IMG/VR virus record: IMGVR_UViG_3300031759_000002
Source of the DNA: a virus
Taxonomy: Duplodnaviria > Heunggongvirae > Uroviricota > Caudoviricetes
Direction: 5' to 3' (one strand)
DNA: 64,000 nucleotides
Each line of letters begins with the position of its first letter. Position 1 is the first letter of the stretch. Below the pieces are notes generated by a model. It saw only the letters and a list, made by a program, of their open reading frames with translations, did no database searches and was not told where the DNA came from. Both the position numbers and the translations under genes were made by a program. Positions 39,811 to 48,183 of the stretch are shown piece after piece.

Positions 39811-40266
39811 ATGAATACATTTTATTTTATACATAATTATAATTACGATCCAAAAATTCACAATGAAGCCGCATCTGATAAAACATTACATAGCATTTCT
39901 GATATAGTAATAGATGGAAATGTTATTGTAAAAAATAGAAGAGTATGTGATAAGCAGAATATTTTTATATCAAGTGATGATATACTATTGAGTATTGCTA
40001 AATATACGGAAGGCACTATTGTAGCCAGAACCTCTCCATCATTAAGAGATGAATGGAAGTTAAAACTTCAATATCAGGTTAATGAATATAATAAAATTAG
40101 AGATACTGTTCTTAAATCTACATTAGATGATATAGAAAAAAGATTATCGGTGTTATATCCCGTATTACCAGATGAGGTTTTAGAATATTGGGCATTTGAA
40201 GCAATTAATCGTGGATGTGATTCTACAATTAATAGAATTGAACGTGAATATGGAATTGTAAAATAG
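39811..40266 (+). CDS. hypothetical protein
   Basis: ORF only. Confidence 0.35.
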   Translation: MNTFYFIHNYNYDPKIHNEAASDKTLHSISDIVIDGNVIVKNRRVCDKQNIFISSDDILLSIAKYTEGTIVARTSPSLRDEWKLKLQYQVNEYNKIRDTVLKSTLDDIEKRLSVLYPVLPDEVLEYWAFEAINRGCDSTINRIEREYGIVK

Positions 40267-40269
40267 ATT

Positions 40270-40491
40270 ATGAATACAATTTGGAAAAATAAAATAGATA
40301 ATAAATATGATATTATGGTTATCTCGGAAGGAGATGGATATAGCGGAAGGCTTATTATTCAGAAAGATAATGTAGAATTATACAATGAACCTACGAGTAT
40401 ATCATATGGAGCACGGTTTGGGCCAGATTTTTCCGATGTAGAAGAATGGAAAAATAAATGTTTAACCTTTGTTGATAAGTTTGTTGAATAA
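40270..40491 (+). CDS. hypothetical protein
   Basis: ORF only. Confidence 0.3.
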   Translation: MNTIWKNKIDNKYDIMVISEGDGYSGRLIIQKDNVELYNEPTSISYGARFGPDFSDVEEWKNKCLTFVDKFVE

Positions 40492-40535
40492 ATTATTAAC
40501 ATAAATATTCTCAAGCCATAGTATTTACATTTTTG

Positions 40536-41810
40536 GAGTCAGAAAGCCCCTTCGGCTTTAGCCAAGGGGATGAATGACGACCATATTAAGGAAACAGAAA
40601 TAAAATAACATTTTCCTTAAAGTGGATGATATGTATGTTATAGAATGAAAGTAAAACGCAATTACAAGTTCAAATTGTCTCCCAAAGGAGGCAGTGCTAT
40701 CCGTCTCCAAGAGACGCTGAATACTTGTCGCTACGTTTATAACCAACTCCTTGAGAAGCGAAACGACCACTACAAGAAGACCAAGAAAACTTTAACTCAC
40801 TTTGATTGTTGTAAAATAATTAAGGATATGGAACTGAAAACTCCAGTCCATTCGCAAGTCCTCCAAAACGTATCTGCCCGACTTGACCTTGCCTATCTTG
40901 GGTTCTTCCGCAGATTGAAGGATAAGAGTGGAAAAGCAGGTTTCCCACGCTTTAAGTCCTATGACCGGTATGACTCCTTCACCTTTCCACAGACAGGATT
41001 TAAGATAGGAAAGAAGAAAATGTGGATGTCCAAGATTGGAGACGTTCGTATTAACTTCCACCGACCAATGGAAGGCAAGGTAAAGACCTTGACCATTAAG
41101 CGTGAAGGCACACATTGGTATGCTATTTTCTCGTGTGAAGTTGAAGTGAAGATTGAAAAACGAAAATGGAAACGAGCAGTTGGGATTGATGTTGGATGTA
41201 TTGACTTTGTGACCTGTTCGGATGGAACCACTATTCCTAATCCTCATTTTCTTAAACAATCACAGGAGAAACTTTCCAAAGTCCAAGGTAAGTATTCCAA
41301 ACTGAAACTTAAACCGAAGGATGACAAGACGAAGATAAAGACCAAGAGAGAATTGGTTAAACTCCATTGTAGAGTGAAGAACCAACGAAAAGATTTCCTA
41401 CACAAGTTGAGCAAGAAACTAGTGAACGAGTATTCTCATATTTGTGTGGAAGATATTCGACCAAGCCAAATGTTGAATGACAATTGGCGAGCGTTGAATA
41501 GAAGCATATTGGACTCGGGTTGGGCAGCATTTAGACAAATGCTCCATAGTAAAGCGGTAGAAGCTGGCTGTGAAGTAGTAAATGTTGACCCACGATACAC
41601 GACCCAAATATGCTCGGGATGCGGAACCATTGTTAAGAAAGAGTTGTCAGAAAGACAACACAAATGTCCTATTTGTAATCTTAACATTGGTAGGGATTTG
41701 AATGCTGCAAGAAATATTTTAAGAGTCGGAATGGACTCTTTTTCTAACGCAAGTTAGGATAGAAGCCCAACCTCTTTAGAGGTTGGGAGCATTCACAGCC
41801 TCTTTTCTTT
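40536..41810 (+). mobile_element. IS200/IS605-family element carrying only tnpB (IS1341-like). GC-rich relative to the phage. Hairpin-rich LE (40543..40570) and RE hairpin cccaacctc-ttta-gaggttggg (41766..41787).
   Basis: Abrupt GC jump. Subterminal hairpins at both ends. Inserted intergenically between 40270..40491 and 41813..41975. Confidence 0.6.
40645..41757 (+). CDS. tnpB: TnpB (OrfB_IS605) RuvC-like RNA-guided nuclease
   Basis: RuvC-I GIDVGCIDF, RuvC-II ICVEDI, Zn finger CSGCG...CPICN, RuvC-III GRDLNAARNI. Confidence 0.9.
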   Translation: MKVKRNYKFKLSPKGGSAIRLQETLNTCRYVYNQLLEKRNDHYKKTKKTLTHFDCCKIIKDMELKTPVHSQVLQNVSARLDLAYLGFFRRLKDKSGKAGFPRFKSYDRYDSFTFPQTGFKIGKKKMWMSKIGDVRINFHRPMEGKVKTLTIKREGTHWYAIFSCEVEVKIEKRKWKRAVGIDVGCIDFVTCSDGTTIPNPHFLKQSQEKLSKVQGKYSKLKLKPKDDKTKIKTKRELVKLHCRVKNQRKDFLHKLSKKLVNEYSHICVEDIRPSQMLNDNWRALNRSILDSGWAAFRQMLHSKAVEAGCEVVNVDPRYTTQICSGCGTIVKKELSERQHKCPICNLNIGRDLNAARNILRVGMDSFSNAS

Positions 41811-41812
41811 TG

Positions 41813-41975
41813 TTATTTAATGAAACATCGTTCAACTTCCCACCATTCTTTTAATGACTTCCTAACATCTCCTGTAAGTTTGGCTCGTTCAAGCCCACTT
41901 TCAATTACTTTATAGAAATCATCAATAAACTCTGCTGGGACGATGATGGCTATGTCTTTTAATGTGGAGTTTTCC
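41813..41975 (-). CDS. small hypothetical protein (likely start at internal Met MENSTLKD; the ORF-track N-terminus is probably artefactual)
   Basis: TAAtATG coupling to the upstream gene stop. Confidence 0.3.
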
Positions 41976-41978
41976 ATA

Positions 41979-42593
41979 TTAAGCAACAACCAATTCCTTA
42001 GAAGGATAATAATTCGTTCCGAGTTGGGTATTATTAGGATATTGAGTTTTAACAATATCCAAGATTTCGGCACAAGTCCAGCCATTACATTTGATGGCGG
42101 CACGGATTTGTTCGATAGAAACTTGTTTCCCTGTATGACTATCCAAATAATTAGACACCTTAGATTCTACTTCTTGTTTGGATTTCTTATTTACCGTAAC
42201 CGATTGAGATGTAGGTGTAAAAGGAGGATTTGTAATTGTAACATTTGCCACAGGCGAACTTACGATGGAGACTGGAGGTTGGGTAGGAGTAGTCACAGTA
42301 GCGGTGTATTCATTATATACTCCGTTGTATTGGCTACTAACATCAAGTCCAATTTCGGCGAAAATGCCATCGGACAACAATTCCAAAAATGCAGTTTTCA
42401 CCGACTTATGAGGAATGTTATATTTATATTGTCCAATTTGATTTTCAAACTCTGGCAGATTAAGATTGCCAGCATTTGCCTTATTTCGCAATGCCACAGT
42501 AGTATCGTGGATTGAGAACGTGGTTGAGTTATTGGCAAACTCTTGAACTTGAGTCAAGATTGCCTTGTTTAGATTTGAGTTTTTATCACACAT
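41979..42593 (-). CDS. hypothetical protein (T/P/S-rich middle, moderately elevated GC)
   Basis: ORF with a consensus promoter 33 nt upstream. Confidence 0.4.
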   Translation of the reverse strand: MCDKNSNLNKAILTQVQEFANNSTTFSIHDTTVALRNKANAGNLNLPEFENQIGQYKYNIPHKSVKTAFLELLSDGIFAEIGLDVSSQYNGVYNEYTATVTTPTQPPVSIVSSPVANVTITNPPFTPTSQSVTVNKKSKQEVESKVSNYLDSHTGKQVSIEQIRAAIKCNGWTCAEILDIVKTQYPNNTQLGTNYYPSKELVVA

Positions 42594-42625
42594 AATTTTA
42601 TTATTTGTTAATTGTTACGTTAAGA

Positions 42626-42653
42626 AGTATATAGATGATAGATTGGAAGTCAA
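42626..42653 (-). promoter_or_regulatory. consensus promoter TTGACT-N16-TATACT
   Basis: Minus strand: aaCTTGACTtccaatctatcatctaTATACT. Confidence 0.55.
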
Positions 42654-43126
42654 GTTAAATATCCAAGTACGCCATATTGAGTTTTGACATTTGGTATTCC
42701 AAACTTCTTTTTTAATATGATGATTTCATCTTCCATTGACATATTAAAATTACATAATACATTATGAATATCACCATCAATCATTTCAAACTCATAAGTT
42801 TCGTCTGTAGGATGGTATCCATATCCTTTGATATTTGGAATATAAATATCATAATCTTTTAAATGTTTAGGAGAATATTCTGTATATGGATTATATAGTT
42901 TTTCATTTAATTCGGTATATACATTAAGTTTAATCTTTTTTGTTATAGATGGAACTTCCACTTCAATGATAGGATTTCCACACATAGAACAATAATTGCT
43001 ATGTGACAATATTTTATATTTTTCACATTTATTCCAAGCACATCCTTTAATAACAATCGTGGTGTATAACTCAGGATTATATATTTTGATATAAGGTCCA
43101 ACATAAGTATTATAACTTGTACTCAT
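42650..43126 (-). CDS. hypothetical protein
   Basis: ORF only. Confidence 0.35.
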   Translation of the reverse strand: MSTSYNTYVGPYIKIYNPELYTTIVIKGCAWNKCEKYKILSHSNYCSMCGNPIIEVEVPSITKKIKLNVYTELNEKLYNPYTEYSPKHLKDYDIYIPNIKGYGYHPTDETYEFEMIDGDIHNVLCNFNMSMEDEIIILKKKFGIPNVKTQYGVLGYLT

Positions 43127-43365
43127 AATTTGTTTTTTAACTCATTTATTTCTAATTGTAATGCGTCACGAATAGCATATGGAAACTCCAATCCACTTAA
43201 AGCAACCGTTGATGCTGCCATTGATATTCCTTGTGATATAAACTCAGCACGAAGTTTATTATATATTTCTTCATTTATAATAGCCTCGTCGAAATAAATA
43301 TCGATTTTACCCTTAAAATATTCATTGAATGATTTCATATCCATTTTACTCTTTTTTCTCCACAT
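43123..43365 (-). CDS. hypothetical protein
   Basis: ORF only. Confidence 0.3.
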   Translation of the reverse strand: MWRKKSKMDMKSFNEYFKGKIDIYFDEAIINEEIYNKLRAEFISQGISMAASTVALSGLEFPYAIRDALQLEINELKNKL

Positions 43366-43429
43366 TTAATACAATATTGGAAGTCGCCGTCTATTTTTCC
43401 TAATTTATGTCCAAATAAACATTTCATAA

Positions 43430-43660
43430 TTATGAAAACATACTGTGATAATTTTGGTTATTTGCTTCCATTGCGGCACATTTTACACTATTTTCACTCC
43501 AAAAAGGACCAAATACACAGCCCTCATTAAAAGTAGCATCATACCAATTACCATATGTATAATTGGTACTATATCCCTTTCCCTTTTCTAAAACATACCA
43601 ATTGCGGAACCATCTTTTAAAGATAGGTCCACGATATAGTTTATCATAAATAGATTTCAT
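43430..43660 (-). CDS. hypothetical protein
   Basis: ORF only. Confidence 0.3.
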   Translation of the reverse strand: MKSIYDKLYRGPIFKRWFRNWYVLEKGKGYSTNYTYGNWYDATFNEGCVFGPFWSENSVKCAAMEANNQNYHSMFS

Positions 43661-43664
43661 AATT

Positions 43665-43919
43665 TTAACTTGCTATCATTAGTGTAGATTGAAGTATTCG
43701 ATACGGACATCTATTTGATATTTTATTTTTATAATCTTTCTCCCATTGCCTTCTAAGGTCCGGAATAACATTATCATATCCACCCGTTCCAAACTTAGGA
43801 TGGGCGCACATTTGCAGTGTCATTTGTCCGTCATTATCTTTCCAAAAATAGGGACATTCGTGACAATCCTCTACTATTTTAGTAATCGGCTCAAATGTTC
43901 GAGTAACTTGTATTTTCAT
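43665..43919 (-). CDS. hypothetical Cys-containing protein
   Basis: Consensus promoter with leaderless ATG. Confidence 0.35.
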   Translation of the reverse strand: MKIQVTRTFEPITKIVEDCHECPYFWKDNDGQMTLQMCAHPKFGTGGYDNVIPDLRRQWEKDYKNKISNRCPYRILQSTLMIAS

Positions 43920-43925
43920 CTTATG

Positions 43926-43953
43926 AGTATATCGAAGATTTATAAAAAGTCAA
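43926..43953 (-). promoter_or_regulatory. consensus promoter TTGACT-N16-TATACT, 6 nt upstream of ATG 43919
   Basis: Minus strand: tacTTGACTttttataaatcttcgaTATACTcataagATG. Confidence 0.55.
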
Positions 43954-43956
43954 GTA

Positions 43957-44817
43957 TTAAACAATTTTCCATTTATATTCTAACTCTTTTACGGGACATT
44001 TCCCTATAAGTTTAAAAAATTCTTCTACTTGAGTATCACTTAGTTTTAATAAATATGACTGAGTTCCATCTTTTCGAATTCCTTTCTTTGATAGTGTAAA
44101 TTTAAGATTAAATTCGTTCTTTAATTTTACACATAACCATTCTAAATCTTTTTTTGTAAAATTATTTGTGCAAAAAAATACTCGTGTATATTTATACTCG
44201 GTTGTTTTGTACCGCTGTTTGTAAAAATATGAATATCCATCATCCAAAAACCAATGTAATAAACTTTCCTTTGTTAAAACAATATCTTTCGGTATAATCT
44301 TGATTCCATTCGGATACCATTTATTTCGCAATTCGGCTATTTCTGGTAATTTAAATGTATTTAGAAAATATACTGGCTTTCCATTTGGAGTTAGGTTTGT
44401 AGAAGATTCATATGGACCAAAAATTCTTGATTCTGGGATTTTTGTCAATATTTTAGAGGCAAAATATAATAGATGATTATAATGGATATTTCGTTTGGAT
44501 ATTCCACAACTTCCATTTTTTATACGTTGTTTAGTAATAAACGCATCTCCTAGAAGAGATCCATTGATTACTGGCATATTTAGTTTTAAATAATTAACAT
44601 TAGCATTGCGTTTACGTTCACTATAACTTCGCATCGGAATATTAAATTTTTTAAGATTTCTACTAATCGTTGCTCCGTTCGCACAGCCTACTAACTTGGC
44701 AATTTTTTCTGTATTTAATTTTTCAACTAAATATTTCTGATATAGCCATTCTTTATTATTTAATAATGGAAATGGTGATGTATCTTTAGTAAATTGTTTT
44801 TTATTCATATCCTTCAA
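43957..44817 (-). CDS. LAGLIDADG homing endonuclease (double-motif) with an N-terminal HTH
   Basis: LLGDAFITKQ and WFLDDGYSYF LAGLIDADG-type motifs. N-terminal EKIAKLVGCANGATISRNLKKFNIP is HTH-like. Confidence 0.55.
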   Translation of the reverse strand: MKDMNKKQFTKDTSPFPLLNNKEWLYQKYLVEKLNTEKIAKLVGCANGATISRNLKKFNIPMRSYSERKRNANVNYLKLNMPVINGSLLGDAFITKQRIKNGSCGISKRNIHYNHLLYFASKILTKIPESRIFGPYESSTNLTPNGKPVYFLNTFKLPEIAELRNKWYPNGIKIIPKDIVLTKESLLHWFLDDGYSYFYKQRYKTTEYKYTRVFFCTNNFTKKDLEWLCVKLKNEFNLKFTLSKKGIRKDGTQSYLLKLSDTQVEEFFKLIGKCPVKELEYKWKIV

Positions 44818-44866
44818 TGGTTAATATTCTAACTATAAATATCTAACACTTGACGAATAATTCTAA

Positions 44867-46141
44867 TTATTTACACTCTAATAAATAATTGATTTTTACT
44901 CTATTTTCAGAATAAACAATTAATTCATCGTTTTTCAATCTATTTGAAGAAGCCTTGGCCCAAATACTATCATAATTAGTCGGACGTTTACATCCATATG
45001 CCGTAGTGGTATATGTTTTACCCATTGCGAATGAGCATATAAATAAAAATGCTGCATCACCTACTCCACCTTGAGACCATTTGTTTAAACAATATCCTAA
45101 ACTTTTTGTACTATTAACCGACCCATAAATTCCATTATCGAATAATTTTCCGGCTATGGCTGCTGTAGATGGAGGATTAATTTTTAATCCACTTTTCAAT
45201 ATTGAAAGAACGTTTGCCATTGAACTTCCGTGGAAGGTTTCCACTATGTTTGGATCAGTGTGTAAAAAGTTTGAAGTCATTGTGTTAATATCAACTTTAT
45301 ACATTTCCTTTACTCTAATATTATCATATCCATGCATTGACTTCTTTGATTTTTCAAAAAAATTATTAAGCCTAGATCTTTCATTATTATCATTTAATAT
45401 ATCTAAATTAACTTTAAATACTTCCTCTGTTGTCTGATTTTGCGGTAAAGATTGAGAAGTTGGTTGAAGTGCTTGATATGACGCACTTAAAGAATCTAAG
45501 ATGTCTAATTGTTCTTGTAAAGCCTCATTATTAGGAATTATAGTTATTGGCTGGATTTTTTTCATACCTAAACTTTGAGGTATTATAGTAAGATATTTAA
45601 ATACTAGTTTATTAAATTCATTATTAAACCTGTTTTGATTTACTAAAGTTGATATGTCGGCTAATATTAAACGGGCCTCATCTATTCCATATTTATCGAT
45701 TAATCCGAGTGGTGTACTAAATAATCCAGTAGTTGAATTATATGTAATTTGAGTGCTACTGGTAATCTTATGAATATTAGAATCTACCAAGCGTTTAATT
45801 AAACGCTCAAGAATTGGATTGGAAGTTTTAATAATTTGTTTCTTGGCAATTTCTAATAAATCGGAGTTTTTCACCGTAACTGATGGAGTGGATGAAGCAG
45901 TTGCCGACCCAATGGTTTTTTGTTCTACATAGCCTTTTTTTAATTTTTCAGACACTTTCTTGTTAAAATATTTCTCGCCACCATCCCATTCTCCGCTTTG
46001 AGGGTGCTCCGCACCGACCCTCGCATATTGAATTTTTACTTTTCCATCATCATATAGTTGAGCATTCCACCATTTATACGAATTAGTTTCGTCGTTTTGC
46101 TCCAAAAAGATCAATCTCGCTTCTTTAATTAAGTTACTCAT
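44867..46141 (-). CDS. WGR-domain poly/mono-ADP-ribose polymerase (PARP catalytic H-Y-E)
   Basis: N-terminal WGR: KWWNAQLYDDGKVKIQYARVGAE...KKGYVE. C-terminal FHGSSMANVLSILKSGL (H-G-S), GIYGSVNSTKSLGYC (Tyr), NDELIVYSE (Glu). Confidence 0.6.
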   Translation of the reverse strand: MSNLIKEARLIFLEQNDETNSYKWWNAQLYDDGKVKIQYARVGAEHPQSGEWDGGEKYFNKKVSEKLKKGYVEQKTIGSATASSTPSVTVKNSDLLEIAKKQIIKTSNPILERLIKRLVDSNIHKITSSTQITYNSTTGLFSTPLGLIDKYGIDEARLILADISTLVNQNRFNNEFNKLVFKYLTIIPQSLGMKKIQPITIIPNNEALQEQLDILDSLSASYQALQPTSQSLPQNQTTEEVFKVNLDILNDNNERSRLNNFFEKSKKSMHGYDNIRVKEMYKVDINTMTSNFLHTDPNIVETFHGSSMANVLSILKSGLKINPPSTAAIAGKLFDNGIYGSVNSTKSLGYCLNKWSQGGVGDAAFLFICSFAMGKTYTTTAYGCKRPTNYDSIWAKASSNRLKNDELIVYSENRVKINYLLECK

Positions 46142-46145
46142 AGTA

Positions 46146-46283
46146 TTATATATTTTTTGTTAATTCTAAGTTAACTTCAATTGAAGTTTTACCAGTAAAA
46201 AGGATTTGTAATGAATTGCGTAAAAACTCAAATGCTTGTGAAAATCTATTTCCTTTAAACTTTAATTTTATTTTTTTTGTCAT
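46146..46283 (-). CDS. small 45-aa ORF cotranscribed with and coupled to the PARP gene (TAAtactATG)
   Basis: Manual translation: MTKKIKLKFKGNRFSQAFEFLRNSLQILFTGKTSIEVNLELTKNI. Leaderless start 6 nt after the -10. Confidence 0.3.
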   Translation of the reverse strand: MTKKIKLKFKGNRFSQAFEFLRNSLQILFTGKTSIEVNLELTKNI

Positions 46284-46289
46284 AACCAC

Positions 46290-46317
46290 ATTATAGTGAT
46301 TATAGAATTGAAGTCAA
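46290..46317 (-). promoter_or_regulatory. consensus promoter TTGACT-N16-TATAAT driving the small ORF plus PARP
   Basis: Minus strand: tccTTGACTtcaattctataatcacTATAATgtggttATG. Confidence 0.55.
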
Positions 46318-46325
46318 GGAGAAGT

Positions 46326-46538
46326 TTAATTGAAGAAAAACGCAAAGGTATGTTTGATTATGGATATGTTGAGTTGTTGACAAATCATCCATTTAGCAAT
46401 AGTAATAGGAGTGAAAATATAATCCATAATCGACCAGAATAATGGCCAGTTACTATTTGCCGCAACGTTAATGTTATAACCTACCATTGCCACGGCTATA
46501 CAGAATATAGAGTAAATAATCGCACTTAGTTTTTTCAT
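46326..46538 (-). CDS. small membrane protein
   Basis: Two hydrophobic segments. Confidence 0.3.
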   Translation of the reverse strand: MKKLSAIIYSIFCIAVAMVGYNINVAANSNWPLFWSIMDYIFTPITIAKWMICQQLNISIIKHTFAFFFN

Positions 46539-46571
46539 AGTAATAGAAGTATATAGGAGTTTTATAAAATG

Positions 46572-46841
46572 TCAAGGATTAACTATTGCCGCAGTAATTG
46601 GTTTGTCATTTGGTATTAGTTGTTTCATAATTTCCGAATGCGGCACCATAATAGTTATGATTTTAACTGCTTCAAACTCATTAGTATCTTGGTATTCTTT
46701 TAATTTTTCATTTAACCAACAAAATGGATTTTCATTATACCCATATTCATCCATCGCTTCCAATACTTCAGGAGCATATTCTCCGTCATATTTTTCTTTT
46801 CGTTGTCCTATAAGGAGATGTATATTCATAATGTTTAACAT
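46572..46841 (-). CDS. hypothetical acidic protein (likely start at second Met, 46829)
   Basis: The -10 box overlaps the first ATG. The second ATG is 10 nt downstream of the -10. Confidence 0.35.
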   Translation of the reverse strand: MLNIMNIHLLIGQRKEKYDGEYAPEVLEAMDEYGYNENPFCWLNEKLKEYQDTNEFEAVKIITIMVPHSEIMKQLIPNDKPITAAIVNP

Positions 46842-46867
46842 TATATCCTAATCTGATTGATTGTCAA
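46840..46867 (-). promoter_or_regulatory. consensus promoter TTGACA-N16-TATAAT, 22 nt from the first CRISPR repeat
   Basis: Minus strand: gataTTGACAatcaatcagattaggaTATAATgttaaacattATG. Confidence 0.55.
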
Positions 46868-46889
46868 TATCAAAATCACACTTCTCTTT

Positions 46890-47141
46890 GTGTCATTAAA
46901 TAATAATTTGTTTATCATCTAACACTCGGTGTTGCTGTCGCCTGACGGTTCCGTTTACGTTGTGTCATTAAATAATAATTTGTTTATCATCTAACACATT
47001 TGATAATTATGGACTTACATATAAACCATATTTGTGTCATTAAATAATAATTTGTTTATCATCTAACACTTCACCCTTCATCGTATATATTACTCCATCA
47101 CTGGTGTGTCATTAAAGAAGCAAATGTGGATTTAATCACAT
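46890..47141 (+). CRISPR. orphan CRISPR mini-array: three identical 36-bp repeats (GTGTCATTAAATAATAATTTGTTTATCATCTAACAC) plus one degenerate terminal repeat, with three unique 36-bp spacers
   Basis: R1 46890..46925, S1 46926..46961, R2 46962..46997, S2 46998..47033, R3 47034..47069, S3 47070..47105, degenerate R4 47106..47141 (first 11 nt identical, about 22/36 overall). Exact 72-bp periodicity. Repeat termini GTGT...ACAC. No cas gene in the window. Confidence 0.75.
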
Positions 47142-47146
47142 TCATT

Positions 47147-47632
47147 TTAATTATTTAAATAAAATCTAACAAGTTTATAATAATCTAATTTCTTTTGAAC
47201 TTTCAAATCGGACATATTATGTTGTAAATCCGCCAGTTTAACTATTCTGGAAAATAGGTTAGATTTAATATTATCCAAATAAATAAATAAATCAAAATCT
47301 TTATTTGATTTTGTTAAATACATTACATTATTAACTATAAATTGATAATGTGAAGTAAGCGGCTGAATATCACGAATCAATTCTAATTCTGTAAGATTCG
47401 TGTCTTCAATTGTATCGTGAAGATATGCAATACTGCGAATAATTTCAATATTTTCATTTATTTCAGATTCCAGCATAATTGAACTTTTAAGTTCGTTTTT
47501 TAAGATTTCCTCTGAAATATTTGCAACTGCAATCGGATGAGTTATATATGGTAAACGACATCCATATTTTCTATATTGACCGTCGTGCGCTTTCGTCGCT
47601 ATTTCTAATATTTTATCGCTATAATTATTCAT
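47147..47632 (-). CDS. RelA/SpoT-type HD-domain hydrolase (small alarmone hydrolase / Mesh1-like)
   Basis: AHDGQYRKYG...PYITHPIAVA...LHDTIEDT matches the SpoT hydrolase signature (HD...ED). Confidence 0.65.
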   Translation of the reverse strand: MNNYSDKILEIATKAHDGQYRKYGCRLPYITHPIAVANISEEILKNELKSSIMLESEINENIEIIRSIAYLHDTIEDTNLTELELIRDIQPLTSHYQFIVNNVMYLTKSNKDFDLFIYLDNIKSNLFSRIVKLADLQHNMSDLKVQKKLDYYKLVRFYLNN

Positions 47633-47858
47633 ATTTATATCCGTCTCTCAAAGACCATCCAGCCCAAAATCCATCAACATACGAAACATCAACTCTATGT
47701 TTAATATATTCATCTATTTCTTTTTTCTGAAAAGAAAGAAGACCATCTATTAAGCAGTTAGGGTAATTACAAATTACATTAGAACGTTCATGTATGGCAT
47801 CAATTTTAGCAATTTCTTTATCAATATATTCGTCGCTAAATATTCGTCGCTTATTCAT
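47625..47858 (-). CDS. hypothetical protein
   Basis: ORF only. Confidence 0.3.
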   Translation of the reverse strand: MNKRRIFSDEYIDKEIAKIDAIHERSNVICNYPNCLIDGLLSFQKKEIDEYIKHRVDVSYVDGFWAGWSLRDGYKYE

Positions 47859-48183
47859 AAGTAGGAAAAAATCCTTTCTCTTTAATCATATTAGGATGTG
47901 CCGCTTTTGAATATGCAAACCCTAATTGTTTTTTCATATCATTTATAACCTTTGTTCTGGCTTGAAATGATATATATAATTGGTCGCTTGCTCGTTTATC
48001 TTTATGAGGGTCATAAGTTCGAGTTACTGGAAATCCATATAAATCTTCTTTAACTTCAAGTTCTCCAATCATATCATGTGCTTTTAAATATAACTTGTGT
48101 GCGTCTTCCAATTCTTTTTCTAACAACATAAGTAAAAAGTTATACGTAAAATACTTCATGTAAATTGGTTCTTTATCTTTCAT
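47851..48183 (-). CDS. hypothetical protein
   Basis: ORF only. Confidence 0.3.
   Translation of the reverse strand: MKDKEPIYMKYFTYNFLLMLLEKELEDAHKLYLKAHDMIGELEVKEDLYGFPVTRTYDPHKDKRASDQLYISFQARTKVINDMKKQLGFAYSKAAHPNMIKEKGFFPTYE

Noticed and set aside
44850-44885. Plus-strand TTGACG-N16-TACACT match between two minus-strand genes
   Set aside because: Poor -10, wrong orientation for both neighbours, and no downstream ORF. Likely a chance match.
46890-46925. Partial resemblance of the repeat 5' half (ATTAAATAAT...AATTT) to Cas12a direct repeats
   Set aside because: The characteristic Cas12a 3' stem-loop (TCTAC...GTAGAT) is absent, and the similarity is within what AT-rich sequence gives by chance. 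Subtype left unassigned.
46890-47141. Interpreting the repeat array as replication-origin iterons or a transcription-factor binding array
   Set aside because: Iterons are shorter and separated by short or similar spacers. Here 36-bp perfect repeats alternate with equally long, entirely unique spacers of heterogeneous GC and a decayed terminal repeat, which is CRISPR architecture.
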